From the NCBI GenBank assembly GCA_022574655.1, contig JACZRQ010000001.1, positions 6,214 through 70,213 of the forward strand: a DNA stretch of 64,000 nt, written 5' to 3'. The notes under the pieces are model-generated. The model was not told the origin of the DNA. It ran no database searches and worked only from the letters and a program-made list of their open reading frames with translations. A program made the position numbers and the translations under genes. This stretch comes from Chloroflexota bacterium. GTDB taxonomy: Bacteria > Chloroflexota > Dehalococcoidia > SM23-28-2 > RBG-16-64-32. This document shows positions 1 to 10,002 of this stretch, piece after piece (positions within the stretch are counted from its first letter, which is position 1; each line of letters opens with the position of its first letter).

Positions 1-1319
1 AGTATTTCGGTGGGCGCCATGATGACGCCCTGGTAGCCGCTCTTGACGGCTGCGAGCAGCGCCGCGGCGGCGACGACGGTCTTACCGCTTCCGACATCAC
101 CTTCGAGCAGTCGGTTCATAGCAACGCCACCACCGATGTTCGCCAGGATCGCAGCGATCGCTTTTTCCTGCGCTCCAGTCAGCGGGAACGGCAGCGACCG
201 TACGAAGCCGTCACGTGTTTCGTCGGGCAGCTCAAGCGCGGGCGCGCCGCCTCGCGATTCCCATTCCCGCCGCCGCCGAACGACGCCGATCTCGATGAAC
301 AGCAGTTCCTCGAACGCGAACCGGTTTCGGGCCGCCTCCGCATCCTCCAGTGAGTCTGGAGCGTGAATCTGGCGAATGGCGTCCGGCGAGGCCCAAAGGT
401 CGAACCGCTCTCGTATGGCGTCTGGTATCGGGTCAGTGAGACGACCGGCGAAGTTGTCCAGCGCGTGCTGGATTGCTGAGCGAATCATCCCCTGAGTCAG
501 CTTGTCGGTCGATTTGTACACCGGGACGAGCCGGCGCTGACGCAAGGACTCATCGTCAATGTCATGAATCTCGGGACCGTCCATCTGCAAGCGACCGCGG
601 TAGTGGGAGACTTTCCCGCTGAGGGCGATCTTCTCGCCCTGCCTCAACCGGCGCGCCACCCAGGGTTGTCCCCACCAGATCGCGCGCAAGGTTCCGGTCT
701 CGTCGCCGATGATGGCCTCGGCAGCTCTTCTCCGGCCGATCGGCTTGACGCCGACGGACCAAATTTCGCCCATGACCGTTTGCTCGCCGTCCGGCTCAAG
801 TTCGGCTATGGGTCGTAGCTCGGAATAGTCGTGGTAGCGCGTCGGGAAGTGGTAGAGGAGATCGCGAACGGACGAGACGCCGATCTTAGCGAATTTCTGC
901 TCAACCGCCCGGGTGATGCCGGGGAGAACGCTTACGGGCGAGTTGAGCGTTCCGATTATTTCCTGTGGAGCGGGCTTGGCCGGAGACTTCGGCTTCGCCT
1001 TTGAGACGGGCGTCGATTTACGAGGCTTTGGTGGCGGAGACTTCGGCTCGGACGTGCGAGGGGTCGGCGGGATACCGTTCTCCGAGGCAGCTGAAAGCTC
1101 GTCCACGACGCGCTTTCTCTGGATCGGATGCAGGGAGCGGTAGCCGCCGAAGGGCAGGGACTTCAGGATCTTGGTGATCTTGTGCGATGGGGAGAGGGAG
1201 GACCCTTGTGCGAAGTTGAGCAAGTAGCCGTCGAGACCACCGACGACGGCTGTGTCTCTAAATTTTCGCTGGCGTTCCAGCGCCAGTATTTTCCTGAGTT
1301 GTTCGACCGCCTCCGTCAA
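1..1319 (-). CDS. recG: ATP-dependent DNA helicase RecG, N-terminal ~440 codons; the 3' end lies beyond the window start
   Basis: Minus-strand translation of 1..110 gives LLEGDVGSGKTVVAAAALLAAVKSGYQGVIMAPT (Walker A, RecG helicase core). The frame stays open up to a TTG at 1319 and the N-terminus contains a wedge/HhH-like region (LPGITRAVEQKFAKIGVSSVRDLLYHFPTRY). recG-degV-yloV synteny supports the call. Confidence 0.8.
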   Translation of the reverse strand, partial: MTEAVEQLRKILALERQRKFRDTAVVGGLDGYLLNFAQGSSLSPSHKITKILKSLPFGGYRSLHPIQRKRVVDELSAASENGIPPTPRTSEPKSPPPKPRKSTPVSKAKPKSPAKPAPQEIIGTLNSPVSVLPGITRAVEQKFAKIGVSSVRDLLYHFPTRYHDYSELRPIAELEPDGEQTVMGEIWSVGVKPIGRRRAAEAIIGDETGTLRAIWWGQPWVARRLRQGEKIALSGKVSHYRGRLQMDGPEIHDIDDESLRQRRLVPVYKSTDKLTQGMIRSAIQHALDNFAGRLTDPIPDAIRERFDLWASPDAIRQIHAPDSLEDAEAARNRFAFEELLFIEIGVVRRRREWESRGGAPALELPDETRDGFVRSLPFPLTGAQEKAIAAILANIGGGVAMNRLLEGDVGSGKTVVAAAALLAAVKSGYQGVIMAPTEI

Positions 1320-1326
1320 GGCGGGA

Positions 1327-2169
1327 TCACTCCCCCTGGAGCACACCCAGTCCCAACACACCGGGCCCACCGTGCACGCCGAGCACGGGTCCCAGCCTGC
1401 TGATCTCAATCTGGACACCGGACACGCCAGACGCCAACTTCTGCCGCAATTCCTCAGCCTCGTGAGGGTTGGTCGAATAAGCGATCCCAAATTTGGCGAC
1501 GTTCGGGTAGGAGGTGGCGATTTGGTACAACTTCTCCATCACTTTCTTCTTGGTGCGAATCCTCTCCTCGGGGACGAATTCGCCGTCCCGGATCGCGAGC
1601 AGTGGCTTGACCTTCAGCACGGAACCCAGGAAGGCACGAGCGCGGCCGATGCGTCCACCCCTCCGAACATATTCGAGCGTGTCAAAGACGATGAAGAGAT
1701 GCACGCGGGGAATCATATCGTCGATGATCTGCCTGATCTCCTCGACGGTGGCCCCATTGGCAGCAGCCCTAGCCGCCGCGCTCACAAGAAAGGCTATGCC
1801 CTGTGACAAGAAACCCGAGTCTACCACTTCTATTTTCGCGCCGCTGTCCGAGAGGTGACGAGCTGCCTGAGTGGCGTTGTTGCACGTCACCGACATCTTC
1901 GCCGAGAGGTGAATCGAGACGATCTCGTCGGTTTCCTTGAGGACTTCCTCGTATGCCGTTATGAATTCGCCGACCGAGGGTGCTGACGTCGTGGGTAGGT
2001 CTTTACTGCGAACGAGTCTGTCGTAGAAGAGGTCGTGACTTATGTCGATCCCCTCTCGAAGCGATTCCTCGCCGAAGACGACGCTCAGAGGAACGACGGA
2101 AACGCCCAGCTCCGCTGCCATTTCCGGCAGGAGATCGGCAGTGCTATCTGTGACAATACGTACGGTCAA
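1327..2169 (-). CDS. DegV family fatty-acid-binding protein
   Basis: 280-aa ORF beginning MTVRIVTDSTADL, typical of the DegV/DhaL-like family. It sits between recG and yloV as in Firmicute-type synteny. Confidence 0.8.
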   Translation of the reverse strand: MTVRIVTDSTADLLPEMAAELGVSVVPLSVVFGEESLREGIDISHDLFYDRLVRSKDLPTTSAPSVGEFITAYEEVLKETDEIVSIHLSAKMSVTCNNATQAARHLSDSGAKIEVVDSGFLSQGIAFLVSAAARAAANGATVEEIRQIIDDMIPRVHLFIVFDTLEYVRRGGRIGRARAFLGSVLKVKPLLAIRDGEFVPEERIRTKKKVMEKLYQIATSYPNVAKFGIAYSTNPHEAEELRQKLASGVSGVQIEISRLGPVLGVHGGPGVLGLGVLQGE

Positions 2170-2230
2170 TCCGGATACCTACGCGGTAGTATATCAGCCG
2201 CGATCAACGCGTGAACACGCGACTGGCACA

Positions 2231-3910
2231 TCACTCGACAGAGATTATGTAGTCATAGTGTGGCTGGCCGCCGAAGACGATTTCGATTTCATGGCTTTCG
2301 AACGCCGCCTGGGCGAGCTTTCCGAGCTTATTCGCATCGGATTTGGTCCTGTCGCCACCGTAGTAGATACAGATCAAGCTTGTGTCATCGCCAACCGCCT
2401 CGGTCAGAGCCTGTATAGCGGCATCTTCGGCTGATTCAGCTGCGGTCGTTAGCTCGTCGTCGACTATGGCGATCGCCTGGCCCTCCCGCACGTCGACGCC
2501 ACCAATTGTCGTTGAGCGCACGGCTTTCGTCACTTCTACGGTCTGGACAGCCTCGATGGCGCTTTCCATCGCTCGAGCGTTGTCGTCGAAGCTGTCATCG
2601 GGGTTGATTGCCAAGGCGGCGGCGATCCCCTGAGGCACAGATCGTGATTGAACGACCCGAACCCGCTTCGAGGCGAGTTTCGTCGCCTGCTGGGCGGCGA
2701 GAACGACGTTCTTGTCGTTTGGCAGCACCACAACGTCATCCGTGGGACAGGCTTCGATCGCATCGACGATCTCTTGCGTGCTCGGGTTCATCGTTGGGCC
2801 GCCGCTGACGATCCTGGTCCCGCCTACGCTCCCGAAGACGCTTGCCATACCATCACCTGCTACGACCACCACACAACTGAGCGAGCCGATGACTGGCGGA
2901 ACGGGCGTGACATCGCGCGCGAGTGCCTCGCTCTGCTCCCGCACGAATCGCTCGGCCTGCTCCCTTATGTTGTCTACCTTGACCTGTCGCAAGCTTCCGA
3001 TCTCCGTTCCAAGAGAGAGTACGGCGCCGGGATCGTCAGTGTGGACGTGAACCCGTACCAATGTCTGATCGCCAACGACCAGCACGGAGTCGCCGAGAGT
3101 CTCGATTCGTTCCCGGACGGGCTGGATCTCCAGACGATCTCCACCGATCAAGACTTCGGTGCAGTAGCCATAAGCTGACTCTTCGGTTGCGTGCCGTTCA
3201 TCGGTCATTGAGAGCCACTGCTCTTCTACCGCCCCGGCGGCCGACGGAACATCCGCCGGTTCTCCTCGCAGGTGGCGCAGCATCCCTTCGAACAACACCT
3301 GCAACCCGAGGCCACCGGCATCGACGACGCCTGCTTCGGCAAGCACCGGAAGCAACGTCGGTGTCCTTTCGACGCTCGCCTTCGCAGTTTCAACGGCGAT
3401 CTCCAGACTGGACTCGACGTCAGGGGAACCGCCGTTGCTGGCTTGCCTAACCGCCTCCGCCACTTCCCGAATGACGGTCAGGATCGTCCCTTCCGCGGGC
3501 TTGGTCACGGCCTTGTAAGCGGCGGTCGACGCCGATTCGAGGGCGGCGGCGAAAAGGGAAGAGTCGAGCCGCGCCGCGCTGCCGATAGCGCTGGCCATGC
3601 CACTGACGATCTGCGAAAGAATGACGCCCGAGTTGCCGCGCGCGCCCATTAGAGCGCCGTGGGACATGGCAGCCAGCATTGCGCCGGCGCCTTCGTCCTG
3701 GCAGCTGTCAGCCTCACGCATGGTAGACCGCATGGTGAGGAGCATGTTCGTGCCCGTATCGCCATCGGGCACGGGAAAGACGTTGACGGCGTTCACTTGC
3801 TCTGAGTTGACCTCGAGCCAGGCGGTAGCGGCCGCGAACATCTCCCTGAGCTGAGGGCCGCCTAGCGACTCTACAGAATGCGCGGGGTCAGTCATATCGC
3901 CTCGAGTCAC
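2231..3910 (-). CDS. yloV: DAK2 domain fusion protein YloV
   Basis: 559 aa with an N-terminal DAK2 signature (VFPVPDGDTGTNM). Its length and position next to rpmB match YloV. Confidence 0.8.
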   Translation of the reverse strand: MTRGDMTDPAHSVESLGGPQLREMFAAATAWLEVNSEQVNAVNVFPVPDGDTGTNMLLTMRSTMREADSCQDEGAGAMLAAMSHGALMGARGNSGVILSQIVSGMASAIGSAARLDSSLFAAALESASTAAYKAVTKPAEGTILTVIREVAEAVRQASNGGSPDVESSLEIAVETAKASVERTPTLLPVLAEAGVVDAGGLGLQVLFEGMLRHLRGEPADVPSAAGAVEEQWLSMTDERHATEESAYGYCTEVLIGGDRLEIQPVRERIETLGDSVLVVGDQTLVRVHVHTDDPGAVLSLGTEIGSLRQVKVDNIREQAERFVREQSEALARDVTPVPPVIGSLSCVVVVAGDGMASVFGSVGGTRIVSGGPTMNPSTQEIVDAIEACPTDDVVVLPNDKNVVLAAQQATKLASKRVRVVQSRSVPQGIAAALAINPDDSFDDNARAMESAIEAVQTVEVTKAVRSTTIGGVDVREGQAIAIVDDELTTAAESAEDAAIQALTEAVGDDTSLICIYYGGDRTKSDANKLGKLAQAAFESHEIEIVFGGQPHYDYIISVE

Positions 3911-4022
3911 GAATCACGCGGTGAGTTTGGACGAGTTTCATTGCCCACAAGTAAGCGCGATGATACCATACTCGCTGCGGATTCTATCCGGGCGAACAAG
4001 GCCCGACAGAGGTGACAAACAA

Positions 4023-4232
4023 TTGGCAAGATGCGAGGTCTGCGGTAAAGGCACAGCCTTCGGCCGCAGGATCAGACACAAACACTCCGGTCGCTGGGAG
4101 CGCAAGGCCCCCAAGACGAACCGCACGTTCAAGGCGAACGTGCAGAAGAAGACGTTCGTAGTCGAAGGCGTGCCGGTCCGCGTGAAAATTTGCACGCGCT
4201 GCCTCCGCACTATGGTTAAGACCCGCGCTTAA
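4023..4232 (+). CDS. rpmB: 50S ribosomal protein L28
   Basis: ARCEVCGKGTAFGRRIRHKHSGRWERKAPKTNRTFKANVQKKTFVVEGVPVRVKICTRCLRT matches L28. A TTG start at 4023 is preceded by AGAGGTG; the longer ATG-initiated ORF from 3921 adds a non-homologous N-terminus. Confidence 0.75.
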   Translation: MARCEVCGKGTAFGRRIRHKHSGRWERKAPKTNRTFKANVQKKTFVVEGVPVRVKICTRCLRTMVKTRA

Positions 4233-4350
4233 GCGGGCAACTCTACTCACTGCCGAGCGCCACACCCAGACCTGGAAGGCCATGAATGGAACTTCGCCAC
4301 GCACATCCGCGACGTGCCGATCGACGAACTGAAGCCACCGGCGTAGGAAT

Positions 4351-4710
4351 GTGAGCCAAGATCCACTTGAGCGTCTGCGGAAGATCTGCCTGGCGCTGCC
4401 CGAGTCGACGGAAAAGGAGACGTGGGAGACGCCCACCTTCCGTGTGCGAAATAAGTTGTTCGCGATGTTCAGGGCAGAGCAGCGAGGCGAGGGCCGCATC
4501 GGCGTCTGGTGCAAGGGCGCGCCGGGGGCTCAGGACGTGCTCGTCGGCGCGGACCCGGAGCGCTTCTTCGTACCGCCGTACGTCGGCCGCAACGGTTGGA
4601 TCGGAATCTATCTCGACGACGGTGTAGATTGGAAGGCTGTCGCAGCGCTGGTTACGGACAGCTTCGTGATGACGGCGCCGAAGAAGGTGGCGGCGCTGCT
4701 CGATCAGTAG
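4351..4710 (+). CDS. MmcQ/YjbR family DNA-binding protein
   Basis: 119 aa. From memory, the ETWETPTFRVRNKLFAM...GRNGWIGIYLDD pattern is typical of the YjbR/MmcQ family. Overlapping long ORFs on both strands are Arg-rich and judged spurious. Confidence 0.55.
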   Translation: MSQDPLERLRKICLALPESTEKETWETPTFRVRNKLFAMFRAEQRGEGRIGVWCKGAPGAQDVLVGADPERFFVPPYVGRNGWIGIYLDDGVDWKAVAALVTDSFVMTAPKKVAALLDQ

Positions 4711-4724
4711 GTAAGGACGCCGGT

Positions 4725-5399
4725 CTAGTCGCGCGCGGACGCAACGGCGGCGCGGAGGGCCTTGATGTTTTCGGCGACCGAGGCGCGATCGTTGAACACG
4801 GCCGAGGCGCTGACGAGGACGTTTGCGCCCGCGAGGACGCAGCCAGCGGCGGTCTGGACGTTGACGCCACCGTCGACTTCGATCTCGGTGCTGAGCCTCC
4901 GCGAGTCGATCAACTCCCGCAAGCGTTTCACCTTCGGCAGCGCACTCTCGATGAACTTCTGGCCGGACGCGCCGGGGTTCACCGCCATCACCATCACTTG
5001 ATCGATTTCGGGCAGTATCTGCTCGATCTCGCTGACGGGCGTCGCGGGGTTCAGGCAGACGCCCGCCTTCTTCCCGCGACCGTGCACCTCCTGCACGATC
5101 CGGTGGAGGTGGGTCGCTGCCTCGACGTGGACGTTGATGATGTCGGCACCGACGTCCATGAACGTACCGACGTGCTTCTCCGGCTCGACGATCATCAGGT
5201 GGATGTCCAGCACGAGACCCGTCGTCCGGCGCACGGCCTCGACGATGGGGGAACCGATCGTGATGACGGGAACGAAACGCCCGTCCATGATGTCGATGTG
5301 GAGATACTCGGCGCCCGCGGCTTCGCACTCCTTGATCTGCTCGCCCAGCCGCAAGAGATCCGCCGAAACGATCGAAGGGGCAATCTTAATCTGACTCAC
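4725..5399 (-). CDS. rpe: ribulose-phosphate 3-epimerase
   Basis: 224 aa carrying SIVSADLLRLGEQI...HIDIMDGRFVP...DIHLMIV, which are Rpe signature segments. Confidence 0.85.
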   Translation of the reverse strand: MSQIKIAPSIVSADLLRLGEQIKECEAAGAEYLHIDIMDGRFVPVITIGSPIVEAVRRTTGLVLDIHLMIVEPEKHVGTFMDVGADIINVHVEAATHLHRIVQEVHGRGKKAGVCLNPATPVSEIEQILPEIDQVMVMAVNPGASGQKFIESALPKVKRLRELIDSRRLSTEIEVDGGVNVQTAAGCVLAGANVLVSASAVFNDRASVAENIKALRAAVASARD

Positions 5400-6799
5400 G
5401 ATTGTCCCTCAAGCCGCTTCCGTGCTTCGGCGAGGGCGGCTTCTACACGGTTGGGCGCCGTACCGCCGGGCACGTCGCGGGCGGCGATAGACGAACGAAC
5501 ATCGAGCGATAGGATGTCGTCCTCGAACAGCGGCGAGCAGGCGCGGAAATCGGCGAGCGTGAGTTCGTGCAGGCCCTTCCCGGAGTCCTGCGCAGACGCC
5601 ACGAGCTTCGTGACCGCCTGGTGCGCGTCGCGGAAGGGCATGCCTTTGCGAACGAGGTAGTCGGCCACGTCCGTCGCCAAAGTGTACGAGCCTGCCGCTG
5701 CTTCCTCAGATTTGGCGGCGTCGATCTGAAGCGCCGGGATCATCGCCGCTAGAACTTCTAGCGTCGGCAGGAGCGTGTCGACCGTGTCGAACAGCGGCTC
5801 TTTGTCCTCTTGCAGGTCGCGGTTGTAGGCCAGCGGCAGCCCCTTCAGCGTCGTGAGGATCGCGATCAGGTTGCCGTATACACGGCCGGTGCGGCCGCGG
5901 GCCAGCTCGGCGATGTCCGGATTGCGTTTCTGCGGCATGATGCTGGAACCGGTCGCGAACTGCGGCGGCAGCTTCAGGAAGCCAAACTCAGCGCTGGACC
6001 AGACGATGATATCTTCGCACAGCCGCGAGAGGTGCATCATTATGGTCGCGGCGGCGGCGTGGAAGTCGATAACGAAGTCGCGGTCCGAGACAGCGTCGAT
6101 GCTGTTGCGGCTGACGCGGCTAAAGCCAAGCTCCTTCGCGACGAAGTCACGATCGATGTCGTACGGCACGCCGGCGAGCGCACCGGAACCGAGCGGCAGC
6201 TCATCTGCATTTTCGCGAGCGACAGTGAAGCGGCGGACGTCGCGATCGAGCATCTCGAAGTACGCGAGCAGATGATGCGCGAGAAGCACGGGCTGCGCCC
6301 GCTGCAGGTGGGTGTAACCGGGCACAACGACATCGCGGTTCGCCTCGGCTAGCTGTAGCAGGGCCGATTGAAGCGCCCTGGTCCCCGCGACCGTATCCTC
6401 ACACGCCTGCATCACGAACAACCGCATGTCGGTCGCGACCTGGTCGTTGCGGGAGCGCGCTGTGTGTAGACGTGCGGCGGCATCGCCGATCTTTTCCCGC
6501 AGTCTCACCTCGATGTTGAGGTGGACGTCCTCTAGCTCCTCACGCCAAGGGAAGGTATCGCTCTCGATCTCCCGCCGGATGTCTTCGAGACCGCGCACGA
6601 TCGAGTCTGCGTCTTCGGTCGAGATGATCGCTTGTTTGCCGAGCATCCGGGCGTGCGCGATCGACCCAGCGATGTCATCGCGGTAGAGCCTGCGATCGTA
6701 GGCTATCGAAGCGCTGTACTTGAGGGCGCGGCGATCGAGGCCGCTCGCGGTCGGGCTCTTGGCGGACGAGTCGTCAGCCATCGGCGCGGCCATTCGCAA
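5396..6799 (-). CDS. argH: argininosuccinate lyase
   Basis: 467 aa containing SRNDQVATDMRLF and GSSIMPQKRNPD, the fumarate-lyase/ASL signatures. It lies in an arg gene cluster. Confidence 0.9.
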   Translation of the reverse strand: MRMAAPMADDSSAKSPTASGLDRRALKYSASIAYDRRLYRDDIAGSIAHARMLGKQAIISTEDADSIVRGLEDIRREIESDTFPWREELEDVHLNIEVRLREKIGDAAARLHTARSRNDQVATDMRLFVMQACEDTVAGTRALQSALLQLAEANRDVVVPGYTHLQRAQPVLLAHHLLAYFEMLDRDVRRFTVARENADELPLGSGALAGVPYDIDRDFVAKELGFSRVSRNSIDAVSDRDFVIDFHAAAATIMMHLSRLCEDIIVWSSAEFGFLKLPPQFATGSSIMPQKRNPDIAELARGRTGRVYGNLIAILTTLKGLPLAYNRDLQEDKEPLFDTVDTLLPTLEVLAAMIPALQIDAAKSEEAAAGSYTLATDVADYLVRKGMPFRDAHQAVTKLVASAQDSGKGLHELTLADFRACSPLFEDDILSLDVRSSIAARDVPGGTAPNRVEAALAEARKRLEGQS

Positions 6800-7568
6800 A
6801 GAGGGGGATGCTCCTGATGTCGGCGAGCGTTGAGATGGTGTAGTCGGGCACGGGGCCGGGTTCGTCTTCGGCAGGCTCGTCCTCGGTCTCCTCGACGGGC
6901 TCGTCCTTCACAGGCTTGCGCCAGACGGCGACCATGCCGAGCGCCTTCGATCCGCCAACGTCCGCATGGAGGCTATCGCCGACCATGGCGGCCTGATTCG
7001 CTTCGAGGTTCAGTTCTCCGAGTGCCAGTTCGTAAATCATGGGATGCGGTTTCATGTAGCCGACATCACAGGAGATGACGGTGGTCTCGAAGAGGTCGGT
7101 CAGCCCGAGGTCGGCCAGCTCCTGGTGGAAGCGCGGTCCGCTGTGGCCGCGGTTAGTGACACACCCAATCCGATACCCTTTGTCCCGCAGCCAGTGCAGC
7201 GTATCGAGCGCGTCCGGGAACAGCTTACGACCGAGAAAGGCGCCACCGAGGTTCCAGGTGTCCCACAGCTCTTCGCCTTGCTCCCGGGTTAGCTCCATGT
7301 CATGTTCCGCAGCGACCTTGCGACAGAGCGCCGGATAGCCGGGATCGATGCTGTCGCCGTGGAAAGCGCGGTGTGTTGCATCCTCGATCGAAAGGCGGAT
7401 GTCACGTCCGAGGTAGAAGCGGCCATCCGTGAACTCATGGCCCCAGCTTTCGACCAGACGTTTGAGACGCGAAACAGTCTCTCGCCGAATGACCTTGCCG
7501 GGCGGCATGCTTGGGAAGTGCCAAAGCGTGTCGCCGAGATCGAACAGGACCGCCTTGATCTCGCTCAC
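6774..7568 (-). CDS. HAD superfamily hydrolase
   Basis: 264 aa with the N-terminal HAD motif I (AVLFDLGDTLW). It is inserted between argG and argH. Confidence 0.7.
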   Translation of the reverse strand: MSEIKAVLFDLGDTLWHFPSMPPGKVIRRETVSRLKRLVESWGHEFTDGRFYLGRDIRLSIEDATHRAFHGDSIDPGYPALCRKVAAEHDMELTREQGEELWDTWNLGGAFLGRKLFPDALDTLHWLRDKGYRIGCVTNRGHSGPRFHQELADLGLTDLFETTVISCDVGYMKPHPMIYELALGELNLEANQAAMVGDSLHADVGGSKALGMVAVWRKPVKDEPVEETEDEPAEDEPGPVPDYTISTLADIRSIPLFANGRADG

Positions 7569-8773
7569 GCGCCGTCAACCTCGCCCAAGTCCTGAGCCTT
7601 CGCCTGTACGCGGACGGGCAAGCCCCAGATGTCGATGAATCCCACGGCGGAGGTGCGGTCGAACTCGTCGCCTTTGTCGTAGGTCGCCAGAGCGAAGTCG
7701 TACAGGCTTTTCGGCGATTTGCGGCCGACAACCGTCGCGACGCCCTTGTGTAGCCGCAGGCGAACCTCGCCTGTGACGTGCCGCTGGGTGGCCCGAACGT
7801 ACGCTTCGAGGTCCTTGTGGTGTGCGGAGAACCAGAGGCCGTTGTACACGAGCTCGGCGTACTCCTGCGCGATGCGGGCCTTCAGCCGGCGCTGGTCCTT
7901 CGAAAGCGTGAGAGCCTCGAGGGCGTCGTGTGCCGCGAGGAGCGTGATTCCGGCGGGCGCTTCGTAGATCTCACGAGATTTGATGCCGACGAGCCGGTCC
8001 TCAACCCGATCGAGGCGACCGACGCCGTGCTCACCCGCGAGGGCGTTCAACTGCTTGACGAGCGAGACGGGATCGACCTCTTTACCATCGACAGAGACGG
8101 GAGCGCCCTTCTCGAAACCGATCTCGACGTACGCCGGTTCGTCTGGCGCCTCAGCGGGCGACTTCGTCCAAGCGTAGACGTCCGCGGGCGGTTCCTGCCA
8201 CGGGTCCTCGAGGACGCCGCACTCGATGCTGCGTCCCCAGAGGTTCTCGTCGATGCTGTAAGGACTCGCCTTGGTCACTTCAATTGGGATCGAGTGTTCG
8301 TGTGCGTAGGCGATCTCCGACTCGCGGTCCATCTCCCACTCGCGCAGAGGCGCAACGACCTTGAGGTCGGGCGCCAGCGCTCCTACCGATACGTCGAGGC
8401 GGACCTGATCGTTGCCCTTCGCAGTACAGCCGTGAGCGACGGCGGTCGCGCCTTCGGCCCTCGCCACGGCAACCATCTCACGAGCGATCAACGGGCGAGA
8501 GAGCGCCGTCGCGAGCGGGTATCCCTGGTAGCGTGCGCCGGCGGCGAGCGCCGGGAAGACGAAGTGGCGGATGAACGTCTCCTGGCAGTCCGCCCATTGG
8601 TAGCCGACCGCTCCGGCGGTCATCGCCCGCGACTGGAGCGTCTCCCGATCGCGGTCCATGCCGACGTCGACGGTCAGTGCGACGACGTCGTATCCGCGCT
8701 CTTCCTTGAGCCAGCGTATGGCGATGGACGTGTCCAGTCCGCCGGAGTACGCCAGTATGATCTTCTCAGCCAT
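7565..8773 (-). CDS. argG: argininosuccinate synthase
   Basis: 402 aa starting MAEKIILAYSGGLDTSIAIRWLKEE, the PP-loop ArgG signature. Confidence 0.9.
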   Translation of the reverse strand: MAEKIILAYSGGLDTSIAIRWLKEERGYDVVALTVDVGMDRDRETLQSRAMTAGAVGYQWADCQETFIRHFVFPALAAGARYQGYPLATALSRPLIAREMVAVARAEGATAVAHGCTAKGNDQVRLDVSVGALAPDLKVVAPLREWEMDRESEIAYAHEHSIPIEVTKASPYSIDENLWGRSIECGVLEDPWQEPPADVYAWTKSPAEAPDEPAYVEIGFEKGAPVSVDGKEVDPVSLVKQLNALAGEHGVGRLDRVEDRLVGIKSREIYEAPAGITLLAAHDALEALTLSKDQRRLKARIAQEYAELVYNGLWFSAHHKDLEAYVRATQRHVTGEVRLRLHKGVATVVGRKSPKSLYDFALATYDKGDEFDRTSAVGFIDIWGLPVRVQAKAQDLGEVDGA

Positions 8774-8784
8774 AGTTATTCCTT

Positions 8785-10002
8785 CTACTTTGGTGGGCCA
8801 GAATCGAGGCCTGCAAGCACAGCATCCAGTATCTCCATCGCACGATCGATCTCTTCCTCGCTGACGGTGAGTGGTGGCACCATTCGCAGTGCAGTCGGCT
8901 TAACGTTGTTCACGATCAGCCCAGCCTCCAGACACTGTGCCAGAATCTCTTCGCTGACAGGCCGATCCAGCTCTATCGCCAAGAAGAGGCCCTTACCGCG
9001 CACTTCCGTGACGATCTCGTGACGGTCGGCGAGCGATTGTAGCTTCCGTTCCATGTACTCGCCGCTGCGCGCCGCTTGAGCTGGGATATCGTGATCCAGC
9101 ATGTACTTCGTGACGGTGTAACCGACTTCGCAGGCGAGAGGACCACCTCCGAACGTAGTGCCGTGCTCGCCAAAACCGAGCGACGCGCAGTGCTCTTTGG
9201 TTAGAAACGCGCCGATGGGGAATCCGCTGCCGAGCCCTTTGGCGACGGCGATTACGTCCGGCTCGATACCGTAGTGCTGGTAGGCGAACATCTTGCCGGT
9301 TCGTCCCATGCCGCTTTGGACCTCGTCGAGGATCATGAGAATGCCGGCCTCGTCACACCAACGGCGGAGGGCCGGGAGGTACTCGTCGGCAGGCACGATG
9401 ACACCAGCCTCGCCCTGCACAGGCTCGATCAGCACAGCCACGGTCTTGGTGCTCGTCGCCTGTTTGATGGCATCGATATCGTCGAAGGGGACGCGGACGA
9501 AGCCCTCGACCAGAGGCGTGAATGGAGCGCGGTACTTCTCCGTGCCGCCCGCTGTAATGGCGGTAATCGTCCGGCCGTGAAACGCTCCTTCAGCGACGAT
9601 GATCTCGTACGCTCCTTCGCGCTTCTCCTTACCCCACTTGCGGGCGAGCTTGACGCAGCCTTCGACGGCCTCGGCGCCGCTGTTGCAGAAGAAGGCACGA
9701 TCCATGCCCGAGGCTTCGCAAAGGAGTTGCGCGAGCTTCGTCTGTGGTTCGGTGTAGAAGTAGTTAGAGGTGAGCATCAGCGTGCGGGCCTGCCGCTCGA
9801 TGGCGGCGACTACGTCGGGATGACAGTGGCCGAGACTGACGACGGCGATGCCGCCGAGGAAGTCCAGGTATTCCTTGTCGTTGGCGTCCCAGACCTTGGT
9901 ACCCTCTCCGCGAACGAGCGTTACGGGCAGACGCTTATACGTCTGGACAACGTACTGCTTGTCCAGCGCCATCAGGTCCCGCTGCAGTGTCTCGTCCATC
10001 AT
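8785..10002 (-). CDS. argD: acetylornithine aminotransferase (PLP-dependent class III aminotransferase)
   Basis: Class III aminotransferase motifs are present (LMILDEVQSGMGRTGKMFA with the PLP lysine region). The likely start is the internal ATG at 10002 (MMDETLQRDL...); the ORF continues upstream to 10092 with Arg-rich junk. Confidence 0.8.
   Translation of the reverse strand: MMDETLQRDLMALDKQYVVQTYKRLPVTLVRGEGTKVWDANDKEYLDFLGGIAVVSLGHCHPDVVAAIERQARTLMLTSNYFYTEPQTKLAQLLCEASGMDRAFFCNSGAEAVEGCVKLARKWGKEKREGAYEIIVAEGAFHGRTITAITAGGTEKYRAPFTPLVEGFVRVPFDDIDAIKQATSTKTVAVLIEPVQGEAGVIVPADEYLPALRRWCDEAGILMILDEVQSGMGRTGKMFAYQHYGIEPDVIAVAKGLGSGFPIGAFLTKEHCASLGFGEHGTTFGGGPLACEVGYTVTKYMLDHDIPAQAARSGEYMERKLQSLADRHEIVTEVRGKGLFLAIELDRPVSEEILAQCLEAGLIVNNVKPTALRMVPPLTVSEEEIDRAMEILDAVLAGLDSGPPK

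Noticed and set aside
4243-5660. Long overlapping ORFs (4243..5328 minus, 361 aa; 4509..5660 plus, 383 aa) across the yjbR and rpe region
   Set aside because: Their translations are extremely Arg, Gly and His-rich with no domain signatures. They overlap well-supported genes (rpe, argH N-terminus) and are typical spurious open frames of high-GC DNA.
7778-9022. 414-aa plus-strand ORF antisense to argG and argD
   Set aside because: It is antisense to two strongly conserved genes and its product is low-complexity and Arg-rich, so it is spurious.
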